A DNA stretch of 64,000 nucleotides from contig OZ176053.1 in NCBI GenBank assembly GCA_964247055.1, positions 6,448,001-6,512,000 of the forward strand, in the 5' to 3' direction. The notes below the pieces were generated by a model. It saw only the letters and a list, made by a program, of their open reading frames with translations, did no database searches and was not told where the DNA came from. Positions 1 through 15,228 of this stretch are shown piece after piece. Both the position numbers and the translations under genes were made by a program. The DNA comes from Paragordius varius. Lineage: Eukaryota > Animalia > Nematomorpha. The first letter of the stretch is position 1, and every line of letters starts with the position of its first letter.

Positions 1-18
1 AATTTTTTTAACCCAAAC

Positions 19-3000
19 CTTCGTCCAGGAGCGCTCATTGTTAAAGTTTATTATGTTAAGGATGATGCTTTGAGACACACCAACAGAATCAAACGTTATT
101 ATCTTTTTATTTGAGCCGTGAGATATGTTGGTATTTAATAGATACCTTTAACATATATAAAATTAATATAAAACGATATTAATTCCTATATTACCGAGCG
201 CCTATTTACCCTAGCTATTTTACACCAATCAAATTTATTAGGTTAATTTTAGAATTAGCTTTTATATCCATCCCCTATACCGCCTTCTTTCTGCTTTCAT
301 TATCATAAAACGCTATTAGTTTACTATTTGAAAATAATTGGCCATAGCCATTGTTTGGGATTTATTAAGGTCCATTCATTTTAATATTACATTTTTAAAT
401 TAATAAGAAATTGGACCGTAAAATTCGATAGTTAATACTTTGTCTGAAGCTCTAAAAGAAATATATTAGAGGGTGAAAAAATTGGGAAAAACAGGCATTA
501 ACTAGCAATCAGCATACACTGTTTAATTTTTGATTTAAAAAAATACTTAATGTTTCTGTTCCAATGGCTATCTATAATTTACTTAGATTCCACAATGATA
601 ATCGAAAATGCGTTAAGTCTAAACTATTCACATATTTTATATAAAACCATGTAATTATCTAATACTTGTAAAATAGCTCTCCGAAACCGTTACCATTTTC
701 TTTTGGCTCATAATTATACAAGTCATCATGGCAAACCAAACTTTTATTGTTAAGCTTTATATAGTTGACGAGAGCAGATTCATTCAAAGTTTTCATCATG
801 TTGTTGATGGCATCAATGAAAACGGATGCGCCGATTTCGATCTGTTCCACTAAGGATTCAGGTGTAGTATCATAATGTACGCCAAATAAGCCAATAGGGT
901 ATGTCTATATTATATGTTATACCATATAAACGATTTAGGAATAAATGGAGATAAAATAACTCTCTAAACTTATTAACCATCATTTATTTGTTTTATATTA
1001 TTAGTATTTTTAAAATTGGTAATTTATTAGTATTTAATGCTTATCATAAACCTTTGGACATTTTTACGGTGCCTTGAAGTACAATATATACATATCAAGG
1101 TTACATATTTTTGGGATACGAGTTAAATATGAATATTAGTTATAACTACAAATTATATTTTTTTAAGAGCTCAATATACAGTATGCGCATTTGTTTTAGT
1201 CAAATCACATTATTGTTGGCCAAAATAATAGAGTACCGTATGTTATAAAATAAATTTTGTCTATAAATAAAATAAATTTTTATGTTGTAACATAGAAAAA
1301 AAATGTAATTTTAACGATTCGCTGTTTTTTTACACATACGCTACTATATTGCCATGAATTGACCAACATTAAAGTATACTATACCATAATTTGGGATATT
1401 TGTAAATTTAAATATTTATAGCCCTTGTTGAAAAAATACTAAAGTGGCTAAAGGATTCGATTTTGGCTATATATCAAAAAGTTATATCTATATTGAAATG
1501 CTCGCAAGCCCTCAAACCCGTAAAAGATACATTTTTTCAAAACATATACATCACAGGGATATTCAACCTATCCGATTGATAGGATTTATAAATGTACGAT
1601 AAATTATTATACATTATTTTTATCAAAATCGGCAAAATCATTGAAATCACCAACAACACATTGAGTTACGATCCACATATAATCCGTTCCAGTGATTTGT
1701 AGTTTATTTGCCACTAAAATTATTATAAAATAATGCATTATCATTTACTTTGCATAAAATCTGCTTAAAAATGCAGCCTTCTCCATATTTTTAAAGGTTG
1801 CTTTTCATTAGTGCCACCTAATGTTCGATTATTATTATTATTATTGACGTGTTTCGCATATCGTTTTAGATCTGACTACCAAAATTTTATAAATTAGTTT
1901 AGTTATTTCACCGATAGTTATACATGACAATTGACTCCGTAAATTTTACTTATGATAATATCAGATATCGTATGATTATCATAACATTTAATGGAATATA
2001 AAAGCACAATTTTCAAAACCATATTTTGGAAAAGATAATAAATATTTTTCAGAATATATTAACTAAATTTTTACTTTGAAATATACTTAGCGCTTCCTCT
2101 CGGCAAGCATGTAGGACAAAAACTCTAGCCGTCATTGCCGCCAAAGGATTTAAATGGTTTTGAACTAAAGTCGAATCTTCGAATTCTTTTTCATCAATTT
2201 TAACATGCTTTAAGATTTTGACCCTGTTTTCATATTCAAAAAAATTGATAATTTTTTCTACGTGAATAGCAGTGAGTTTTTCTTTTCGTCTTATACTTAC
2301 TTATACATAAGTTGAGACAGTATGCTTAAATTAACATTTTAAATTAACTTTTTTTTTTCATTTTGATGAAATGAAATATTAAAAATATTTTTAGTTGCAT
2401 GAATGATTATATAGATGACAAGTTAGTATTCTTTATGAAATAAATTATACTTGTAATCTTTAAATATCCTTATATAGTTTTCAAAATATATAGGAATAAT
2501 AATGATATTATAGCAAATAAGAACAACCTTGAATCAAACACGTATTTTATAACGCGAAAATCTATATTTTATCAAAGATAATACTGTATAAAATGAATCG
2601 GCAAGTGTCTGATGAATATATATTTTAAACTCATATCCTCGATCTATATATATAAATATATATAATATATAAGATAACAAATACACTTAGACATCATTCT
2701 CATAAGTAAGAATTAATCTTTCTGTCAAAAATAATCTGTACAAATTGGATTTGTTTGTGACACCAAAAAATATTATTGGATACACATTTTAAAATGATTT
2801 TATCTTAATAATGGAGATTGGATAAATCAATGACATATATAAGTATGACAAAATTGGAATCACCTCAATTAATGTAATATTATTTATAAGCAACACAATA
2901 CGATACATTATTATAAATTACACATGTATTTCGCAACGTTAATTAATATAATTATTAATCGTGAGAAAACACTTTCAATCGCCTAATAACTAAAAGCCTC

Positions 3001-3918
3001 AGTATATTAAATATTGTATTTGGAAAAATTAGGGTATATAGTAAAAAAAGGTTTGTTCCGATTTTTGAATTATAGCCAAAATATTTTTGAAAAATATGTG
3101 GAACCAGAACCGAGTCAGAGGAAAATATGACTTTAATCGGAAAACGGTTCCATTTTTAATCGGTGATAAAATATATCGATTTTTAAATTACACCATTCGA
3201 ACATTTGATTTGAGGATTTTTTGTACAAAATTATTATAATACAATACATAGGATATTATAGGTCATTTTAGTATTTTAACGGTTAAAAAGGGATTTACCT
3301 GTCTGATGCCATGTATGAGATTTTTAGATTTTATTATTTTTGAAAATTATGAAGAGAGATACAGTGTTCATTTTAATATATAACTTATAAATTGAAAAAT
3401 CCCTTACATGCTAACAGATATAAATTAAATTCCCTTTTAGCTATCAAAACACCGAAATGGCCTCTAATAGCTTTCGTTACCATATTTGTTGAATACCAAA
3501 GTGTAAACCATATAATTTTCATAATTTTAGATTTCTCAACTTAACTACTTGTTTTATTGTATTGTAAAAATGGATGAATATTATCATAATAAACCTATAC
3601 CTATTCCATACAAAATATTTACTTGCGAGCAAAACTATGTTTATCCTCTAAGTGAATCATGAAGAATTCATGTGCAATATTTTGATTGTGATTTTCATAA
3701 TTTACGTTGATTACAACTATTCGGTCCCATAAATACCTTTCAAGTATATCCATAATTGCTAATGTCTGATGTTTTAGGTTTGGAGACAACTGGATAATTA
3801 GACTCTCTTTATCATACTACATTTTGTTATATTTATTTATTTTTTAGAAATAAAATAGGTTATTATTCAAAAATAGAGATGAAAATGATAACGAATGAAT
3901 TAAATAACATATCTGGAT

Positions 3919-3953
<35 letters not shown>

Positions 3954-4795
3954 GTAAACGGTATAAAGCGTACCAATAATAATTTAGCAGAATTATCTGA
4001 ATTCCATAGAATTGAAGGAATGCCCCAAGATTTTAAATATCTAAAAAAATGGCCTAAAAGAGGCGTATCTCGTTTAATTTCATGATTTACAAAAAGTAGG
4101 GCCATTGGTTTGATTGGTAATATGTTTCGACAGAGTATGTTTTCCATATCGTTCCAATCTTCCCAATCTGGCATAACTATTTCATTTGTCTCAATTTCAT
4201 ACGAAATCTTTCTTGGAGCTATATTCACTTCCTCACCTACTGATATGGGTATGCTAAAATTATCAGCAGGGATTTTACTATACCGTTTCTTTAATCGATT
4301 TGTAGTTATAACTGGTGGTGGTGGCACTTTATATTTTGTATGAAGCAGCTGTTTTTTGTCTCCTTCCAAATTTTTGCGGGATTGTTCCCAACCTACAATA
4401 CCGTTTTTGTCATTATTATTAAAATAATAATAATGAGAAGAGTCAAGACTATTGTGAAATTTCTGTAAAGCTACCATATTGACTCCAGATGGACTGGCAT
4501 TAGATAGATTGGGTACGGATCGTATACTATAGTTTTTGAGATTAAGCCCTATTCCACCAATTACTTTGAATCCATTACTGTGTGATTTTGTGATTGGGGG
4601 TAAATTTGTTTTCTGATTGTTTGATCGAATGGCATTTGTTAAGGCACGTCGATATTCACGCTTAAAAAATATATTGTCGGGATATATAGTACCAAGAATA
4701 AATTTATAGACATTTTTATCATCTTTAGCCGCTTCAATGAATACCAAATATATTGTGAGGATAAAATGGAAATAATAGACAGATTTGTGATTCAT
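19..4795 (-). CDS. Nmdar2: NMDA-type ionotropic glutamate receptor subunit 2 (GluN2/Nmdar2-like), amino-terminal domain exons; gene continues beyond the window start
   Basis: Phase-consistent exons 4795-3974, 3816-3623, 2223-2087, 1760-1749, 1713-1613, 904-666, 145-19, all with GT-AG boundaries. Peptides LGTIYPDNIFFKREYRRALTNAI, SWGIPSILWNSDNS, IQLSPNLKHQTLAIMDILERYLWD, TARVFVLHACREEA, ITGTDYMWIVTQCVV, YPIGLFGVHYDT, GELFYKYLLN and ITFDSVG..NNERSWTK follow the invertebrate NR2 ATD motifs in the correct order (recalled fly NR2: GIPVISWNADNS, QLAPSIEHQ..ILERYKW, LTGENYVWVV, FPxGMLGVHFDT). There is an N-terminal hydrophobic signal peptide. The start could alternatively be the ATG at 4828. Confidence 0.9.
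3920..3947. repeat. (TA)n microsatellite in Nmdar2 intron
   Basis: Direct run of TA dinucleotides. Similar runs lie at ~10451-10486, ~11836-11856 and ~15198-15222. Confidence 0.95.
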
Positions 4796-5313
4796 GATAA
4801 AAATTAATGATATACTTAAAATATTCAAATATTAAATTTCAAATAATAATAATAATTTCTTATTGGTATAGGATAATAGATATTTTTGAAATATTTTTGT
4901 AATTTTTAACCAATTATTATTTGCAAGAAAGGCATCGTTTGGCTTTTTCCAAAAATAATTATCATTCCATGGACGTACCTAGGACCACATACATAATATT
5001 TTTATCCATGTATCATTTGCTGTCATTAGAAAAGAATTTTTTTACGAAAAAAAATATATTTTTAATTTATGACGTCAATAATTTAAACTTGCCCATCTTT
5101 AATTATTTTTTTTTGAGATGATAAATGCAGTTTTTATTAATTAATAGTTATTGCAACTTGGCCTTATTATTAAGGCCTAAACCAAATTGTTTATGTATTA
5201 ATAAATACATATATTAGATTTTTGAGGAAAATAAATGCCCTTTTTGGGGTATCTAAAATTATTTTTTGCCGAATCGTTAGCATATCAATATTATATTTTA
5301 AAATGGTGTAGAT

Positions 5314-5539
5314 CAGGGGTTTTCAACGGGCGGCCCTCCAAAATATTTTTGCAGCCAGCAAGAGATTTTGAAAATAAATTTTACAAAAATTAAAAAAAGT
5401 TTTTCAAACAAATTTCTTGAATAGGTATTTACGAATTTTGGCAATGAACTAGCAAAAATTGTTAAAAAAGTAGTAGGTCTTACAGTCTTATGTTTAAAAT
5501 CTAATAAAATATTTGTTATTGCCCATATATGTACCCCTG
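5314..5539. mobile_element. Possible hAT (Buster/Charlie-type) MITE, degenerate
   Basis: Termini CAGGGGT...ACCCCTG; flanks GTGTAGAT / GTATAGAA match at 6 of 8 positions and resemble the NTNTANAN target of this group. The TIR match is only 7 bp. Confidence 0.4.
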
Positions 5540-6699
5540 GTATAGAACTATTATAGTTAAATTAATTAGTTAGACGTTGCGTTTTCTAATAGTTAAAATA
5601 ATAAGCTGACCTCGATTAATACCATTGATTATAAAATACTATGTTTAGCAAGACAAAAATAATAAGATTCTTGATTTAACCAATAACATTTATGATATAT
5701 TTTGTTCATAAAAATATTAACCGTTTTTGTAAAGCTGTAACAATTATTAATGCACCATGGATCGAACCTGGGTTCAAGCTGTTTATTTAAATAAAATAAT
5801 CACAAAAATATTGTAGAATAATGAAATTGACATTTGGTTGAGGTCACAAGCCCTTTATGTTTGTATTAAAAATTACTTCGAGAATCCAGGCCATATTCAT
5901 TTAATTTTTTGGCTACAATGTATTCAAAAAAAATTCCGAATGTTTGAGAGACAGTAGAAGGCGCAAATGTACTTAGCATTTAAAGAAGTTCAATCATATA
6001 TTATGCAATTATTCATTTTTAATGAATGACGTTAAATAATTTAAAAATATAAATTTATATTTATGTCAATTGATATATATATGCCAAAGCCAATAAACTC
6101 ATTAGAAAGATGATAACTTTTTATTATTATGAATGACGCCAATCATAAATGGTCCGCCTATTAATTTTGACCGGTCAGAACAAGCTTAGAAACGAAACTA
6201 CTGAACTGAGCCTCTTTAAGTTTAAAAGATCCAAATAAAAAATATATTAACAAAACTATGATATATTTGACCAAAACTGTGAGGCCAGTAACCTTTATCC
6301 ACAAATGTAGCATAATATGCTGAAAATGGCTATTTTAAAATTTAATTTATAGAGAAACATATTTATGATTTTTCGTAAGCAAATAAAATAACAAGAACTG
6401 ATACGCATAGCACAAAAATTGAAAATTTTAACCAAATTATTTAGTCATACGTTAATGTATCAAACGAATGTAAAGGAATCGTTTTTTTATTTTATAAACA
6501 ACCAATGGAATTAAATCTGAATTTTTGGCTATCCAATGATAATCTACCCCTACCCAATGTTTATCTCATTATTTAATCCTCCCCCTGGTGAAAAATGGTT
6601 ATTTATTAAAACAATAGTCGGAAAAGATAACTAACTAACTAACTCATCAATCATAATAAGTAGGTGAAAAAGCATGATATATTTATACAAAATAAAAAT

Positions 6700-7035
6700 T
6701 GATTAATAGTCTTTCACCAATAATTATGCATGGTTCCTACACATGGTGTGGTTTAAAGTTATTGGAAAAGCTGTCCAAAAATTTTGATAACAAGGAAATG
6801 AGTGCAGACGTACCAGAAAAAAGGCTATTAAATTGTCTAAACAATAAAATGATATGTTTTATAATAGATGGGATAGAGAAAAATGCATTACTAGCAACTA
6901 TTGGAGGTAAACGACCAGCGGTTGCCCAAGGGAAAAACGGATAAAACTTATAAAGAAGCTAACTAAACTTAACTTACAAAAATTGAAAGAACTTGCTGAT
7001 AACCGCAGTCAATGGCGACGATTATGCTATGAATG
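6700..7035 (+). mobile_element. 3' remnant of an RTE-clade non-LTR retrotransposon
   Basis: Frameshifted translation GIEKNALLATIGGKRP/RG..REKRIKLIKKLTKLNLQKLKELADNRSQWRRL matches the RTE ORF C-terminus (GKRxRGRP..W......AxDRxxWR). Confidence 0.7.
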
Positions 7036-7799
7036 GTCCCAAAATTTGACATCAAATTACAACCATTGCAATTCATTAATTTTTGGGGTCAAAATACGAG
7101 ATACAATCTTTTTAGAAAGATTGAAAGGTAGAAGGCAGACAATTCGCAAATGGGATGGCTGGACATATAAAAAGAAAATACACATATAAATAATAGTAAG
7201 GCAATATCCGCGCTCTATCTCTCTTAATCTCTGCTTCTTTCTCTTTTCTATCTCACTCTCTCACTCTCTGAATTCGCAATCGATTTAAAAACCAGCAAAC
7301 AACTCATCAGATCAAGGTGATTAGTTTCAATAAAACCTAAAGTCAACTATTTCATATAATTATTCCCACAGAATGGTTTGCCAGCTTTTCAATCATTATA
7401 ATCTAAATAACCGGCGTTTGACAATGATATTTCGACTGCCTCATAAACTGTTACAATTGAACAACGCATAATATGGAGACTCATGTCCAAACTTATCATG
7501 TGAGAAATTCGATACCCTCCCTATATCTATAAAATTATATTATTCATGGATGGTGCATATGTTTGAGAAAACGGCTCAACACTGACTAGAGATTACATGA
7601 AACACCCACCAAAATATACGTTGCATTAAAATCTCCTCATAATATATATTTAAAAACAATAGTTTTTATAATAATTTTCAAAGTTATTCTGGCCTAACCA
7701 AATATAAATGACTAGCTTTGGTTTAGCGATCTGGGACCAAAATGTATATATTGTCAGAAGAGATAAACCTAAAAAACTGTTAACTAAAAATTAAAATTG

Positions 7800-8880
7800 C
7801 AGCATATTATTATGGATGGATAATATTTGGACTCCATGTTCGGAGTTTTGTATCCACGAAGTAATTTCCTCAACAAATTACGATCTTTACATTGTTCTGT
7901 GGAAAGGCTGCGATTCAAGTCCATTTTTATATTATCATTATAAGAAAAGAGTGGTCGTCCCTTTCTTCTATTGTCATCAACATTAATGTTTTCAACAGTT
8001 TTTAAAGGATGGGTGGCCTCTCTTCTCTGAATACGACCGTAGAGACGCAATCTATTAGTTAGAATGATATAATTGATTTTGTCGGTTTTTATAATAAAAG
8101 TTGGTATTTCTGGTATACGAAAGCAGCTTTTGAGTATTCGGTTCTCACTGGTTAGGAGTTTTGTATGATTAGTTTTGTTTAACGCCCATGTTTCAGAACC
8201 ATAGGTAAGAGCAGGTCTTATTCCTGCCTTGTAAAGATACCATTTATTACGATTGTTAACATTTTTGTTTTTGATTATATTTTATCCAACCTTGTTTTAT
8301 TCTTCTTTTGATAGCCTTTTGTGGGCTACCCTGAGATGATATAACATCTCCTAGGTAAACAAAAGAGTCTACCAATTCGATGTTATGTCCATCAATGTTA
8401 TGTAGCTTTGGTCGATTAAAATTATTACTACTGGGTCTAAACAATTTAAACATTTAAAATTTATTACATTTGTTAATTTGTCTTTTATTTTAGAGCTGTG
8501 TACCCACATTTGACATGATATGCATTTAATGGAATTCGAACGTACTTCTTTACTGCAAATGGAACAGGGGTATCTGGGTGTTTCACTTTCACCCGTTATC
8601 ATTATTTTTGTTTTTGTGGCGTTTATAATCATTCCATATTGTTCAAGGCATTTCTTCCACTTGGTATAGTTATTTACCAGTTGATCCCATGATCGTGTTG
8701 TTATCACGAGGTCGTCGGCGAATGACATTTCTCAAGGGCACTCCGTTCTTATATCCTCCGTTGCCGATTCCATTATAGTAATAAAAAGGAGTGAACTTAG
8801 GACTGAACCCTGATGTAGGCCAGCATTGGTTGGGAAATTGCTTGTATTGCCGATATTGGTTCTAATGTTGGTTGTTGTAT
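7800..8880 (-). mobile_element. 5'-truncated, decayed RTEX-like LINE (RT with Cys-rich finger inserted in the thumb region)
   Basis: GLHQGSVLSSLLF...CP*EMSFADDL (RT motifs), KTKIMITG-PRYPCSICSKEVRSNSIKCISCQMWVH (finger), ELVDSFVYLGDVIS..AIKRRIKQGW, RPALTYGSETW, RLRLYGRIQRR..RRKGRP..DRNL. Contains stops and frameshifts. Confidence 0.85.
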
Positions 8881-8911
8881 TTTTTTAAAGAAATAGTAAG
8901 ATTATTATTAA

Positions 8912-9484
8912 CACTTGGAGACAAGACATTTATTTTAGTCCTTCGACTCAAATTGGGGTAGTTAAATACCCCAGGTCTGTTTAAAATTAAATAATTTAAA
9001 AAGTATAGGTAAAATAAAACCATGGCAAAATTCTGCACTTATATAACATTGATAAACCGAAATATATAAAAAATTTTATTTAAAAATACTTTATATTTTT
9101 TTTAATGTAAAACTCAAAGGTAACAATTTAATCAATGTAACATATGTTCATTGGCCTAATTTAATAATAATACAAAATAAACCACTCTTTCTGATTCTAT
9201 CAATGGTAGATGTTATTTAAATAGGAAATTAGCTTTAATTTTAACGTTAGAATCAAATGAACACAATATTATTTAAAATTTTTGTAAAATAAAAATGGCG
9301 TCCAAGTAGTTTGACATGGAACTTTTTTTTTCAAAACGAAATTTTATTTAGATATATAGGCTTTTTTATATAATTTATATAAGGATAGCATAAATTTAAG
9401 GGACTGTTTCCTCCAGTAGTTTCTTAGAAATAATATTTTAAATTTAGTCTGGGGTATTTAAATACCCCAATTTAAATCGAAGTG
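8912..9484. mobile_element. piggyBac-like non-autonomous element (MITE), full-length copy
   Basis: TTAA at 8908-8911 and 9485-9488; CACTT...AAGTG termini; subterminal inverted motif TTCGA(C/T)TxAAATTGGGGTAxTTAAATACCCCAG; further copies elsewhere in the window. Confidence 0.8.
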
Positions 9485-9660
9485 TTAATACAAGTGAATT
9501 TTTTTCCCGTTGTAATAGATAATATTTTGTTATATAAAATATAAATTATACTAAAAACTAGGTTTACTTATATATTTGAAATACCATTTGTGACCATCAC
9601 TTTTATAACTTTGTAAAAAATCTACTGATAAATACTTCATATGACATATCATTTTAAACT

Positions 9661-11767
<2,107 letters not shown>

Positions 11768-14264
11768 GAACATTGATGTATTTATTTATTTGTGTATAAT
11801 AAATTACATTATTTGTGTCTTTAAATTAGATATATATTATATATATATATATATATAAATAAATTGGTAATTGATTTGTAATTATATATATTCTAAATTA
11901 AAATAATGTTAAAATTAGCAGCTCCCTCAACTATTCTTTTAATGTTTTTAACATTAATGTTAATATCAACTTGCTTAATCGCATCTCAAAAAGTGACTGT
12001 CTTAAAAATACTACAATAGGATAACATTACAATTGTGATGTTTTTTATGGTTTACAACTAAACAGAAGTGTATTTAATAAAGAGTTCGGTTTTTGATCGG
12101 TTAAATAACCGGTCTGTCCACTTATAAATGCAGTCAGTCACCATTACCAGAAATGTAAAGTATATATCCTGAAGAAACCAAACGAAATGTTATAAAATGA
12201 TTTTTTCGGTAAAATTTTGTTTAATTTTTATAATAATAAGTTTCAATCTTGGATTTTACACATTATCATGTGATAAACCCATGGTTGAAGAGCGGTAACA
12301 CTTATGGTTATTCGATTAAACGTAACTGTAAGTTTTGGTTTTTGTCGAATGGTTTCGATTTCGGTTTGTTTTTATACGTGAATCCGATTACCGAAATATA
12401 TAAACATACAAGCAACATTTATAGTTGTTGTTTAATATAATAATAAGATAAAACTATAGCAATAAATTATGATTTTAAAATTACCATTCTTTTTAAATCA
12501 CGGTTAGGATTTTAAAAACTCCAAAATGCCAATACTTTTGGCTCTATAAAAACGGTTCTTTCTTCAAATAAATTCACCTTGGTAGGGTTTTGTAAAAGCT
12601 TATATTTTAATTTTGGTGAAAAAACCAGAATATCTTTTTAGGAACTTATCAATTTTTGTAATAAAAAATGAAAACGAAATATATATTGCGGTTTATTAAA
12701 AACAAATACATCTATAATATAGTCAAAGGTTAAATAAAATATTAATTTTTTTATACAATAAGAAACAAACTGCTCTTAACCGGCGGAGTTTTCATAATAA
12801 AAAATGTTGTGAACCAAATAAATTGTTAGATTTACGAATTTCAAATAACATTTTTCTATATTGGTGTATAATAAATCAAATCATAAGGTGCCTTGTATAT
12901 GGCTTGATTTGTTCATTGGATAAATTTTTGGATTCTATTAAAAAAATTTCCAATATGGAATATATTTCGTGGTCTATTGTTGATTTTGATATATATATTA
13001 AAATAAATAAAACATAGTATTCGTCTTTGACATATAAAAAAATCAGGACTACAAAAAATTTATGAAAAAAAAACAAAAAGGTAATTATTATTCGTTTTAA
13101 AAACATTGATTAAAAATATGTATCTGAATAGTAAAGACGTTAATTATTTAAAGGTAGAATCAGTTTTTATTTGATATGGATTATTTGAAAAGGAATTCAT
13201 GATTATAAAGTGTTTTAAAAGAATCGTCAAAATTACAAATTGCATAACTTTGATGACTTTCTCTGCGGCCAACCGTTGTTTTTATAAGTTAATTTATTTA
13301 ATATAAAGTTTAGGCATGCAAGCAAATATTGCGATTGGATAAAAATCGGCGAAATAATTTTTTAAAAAATATAAAATTAATATTGTGTTAAATATATATT
13401 GGATAATAATTACAATATTTAAGTGTTTTTATAGCCTTAACATCCGAGATTATTTTCTATTTTTCATGTTAAAATATTATATTAATTAATTTTTCCGGTA
13501 AGAAAATATATATTTTATGGTTTTAAATTTTTATAACCAAGGTTATGTAAAATAAAATTATATATTTAAAGGCAATGAATATTAAGATTTTAGATGTGAA
13601 CACAACAAAAGAATAATAAAAATAATAATTTATTATGTGAAACTAGATGCTATTTATTCTCAATATATTAATTATATTTAATATATACATGTTTTTTGTA
13701 AAGAGCGCTATTAAATTAATTATTGATAATTGAATGAATAAAATAATATGGATATTTTGAGTAAATCTTAATATTAAATACATAAAAAATTAATTTGTAA
13801 ATACCTAATATTATAATATCACATTAATGAATAAATACTACAATTCTTTTTTGGATTACAAATTTTGTACATCTATCTGAGAATGAATGGAGCAAACCTA
13901 AAATATATATTATATGGTAAGTTATATTGCGGAAAAAGTTTAAATCACCCAATAATTGGAATAGGTAAAACATTTTAAACAAATTACAATCAAACGAGCG
14001 GTTTGTTAGAAAAGTCCGCAAAAAATAGGTTTATCAGTTAAAAAATTCTACCTAACTTCTTGATGTATCAAAATATTCAGAAGTATAGTGGTTATATAAC
14101 CATAAAAGAGTAACATCTTGGGTAAGTTAATTGAGAATCAAGATAAGATCAGATTTCAACATTTTAAAAAAAAATTTGTAATTTTATATATATGCAATGC
14201 ATCATACCAAAATATTTGATATGCCCTTAGTCTACAATATATCTTCGGGTATATAGGTATATCT

Positions 14265-15197
14265 TTATTGACAAAAATTTTGTCCACCATCATTGTGGGC
14301 AATATTAAGGTATTGTATGAGCAATTGTCGGAGTGCATGATATTGAAATGTGACACCTAAAACAACAAACAGGTGCCAAATAGCATGAGCATAGGGTATA
14401 AAGCCATCGGAACGGAAAAAATATATGCCCGAAACGTAAGCCAAACACCCTTTGACGAAACCGGAAATACTTGGTGTGTTTGCGTGCTAGAAATGAGCCA
14501 TATAAAATTTTAATATTATGATTTTATACGAAAATTAAGTGGAGAAAATGTTATAATGAATATTTAATAAAAAAAGCATTCTCTTTTTATTCCAAAATGT
14601 TTTGTAAAATGATCTTGGAAATAGTCCGATATTTTGTTTAAAGCTAGGAGCGATGATATATGTTAATAGATATATATATATACACTTAACAAATATTATT
14701 TTCAAAATACAGTCATACATCTCTTTGTGTGAACTATTTTTCGGGTATAAATCTTCCAACTGTTTTTGCAAAAATTTTATGATTCCTATTTTTTATTATT
14801 AATTTTACTATCTGAACATTTAGGGTTTGTAGCCTATTTATAGCCCCGAAATTACAATATGAAAATGTGTTAAAAAGCAAAAATTTAGCGACCCGACCAT
14901 TGAGTAAACGACTATTTTAAAGAGGTAATAATCAACCATTTAAACTAATATTATTAAAAAAGTTCAATGTTCCTGTACGTGTTAATCTAAAGGACCAATT
15001 TACACATGGTAAATGGAATTTAAACACATTATACGTTTAGTAAATATTTTTTTGCACTATTAAATAATAGTTAAAACTATTAGTTAGTATATTATTGTTT
15101 TTTGGCCATTTCTTATTGTATCAAACTTCGGTATTTAAAAAATGTAACTTGAAAATTATATTTAAAATCACGTTATTTTTTTCTTTTACCATATTAA

Positions 15198-15228
<31 letters not shown>

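Noticed and set aside
5750-5785. tRNA gene (reverse complement CCAGGTTCGATCCATGG, T-arm/B-box-like)
   Set aside because: No D-arm, anticodon arm or acceptor stem; at most a SINE/tRNA scrap.
12249-14150. Short ORFs and exon-like segments between NUDT21 and MMD
   Set aside because: AT-rich, Ile/Phe/Lys-biased chance ORFs with no recognisable motif; the tentative exon chain at 13850-13965 ends in stops.
14535-14771. 78-aa minus ORF as an MMD exon
   Set aside because: The MMD model is complete and colinear without it; it lies in the 804-nt last intron.
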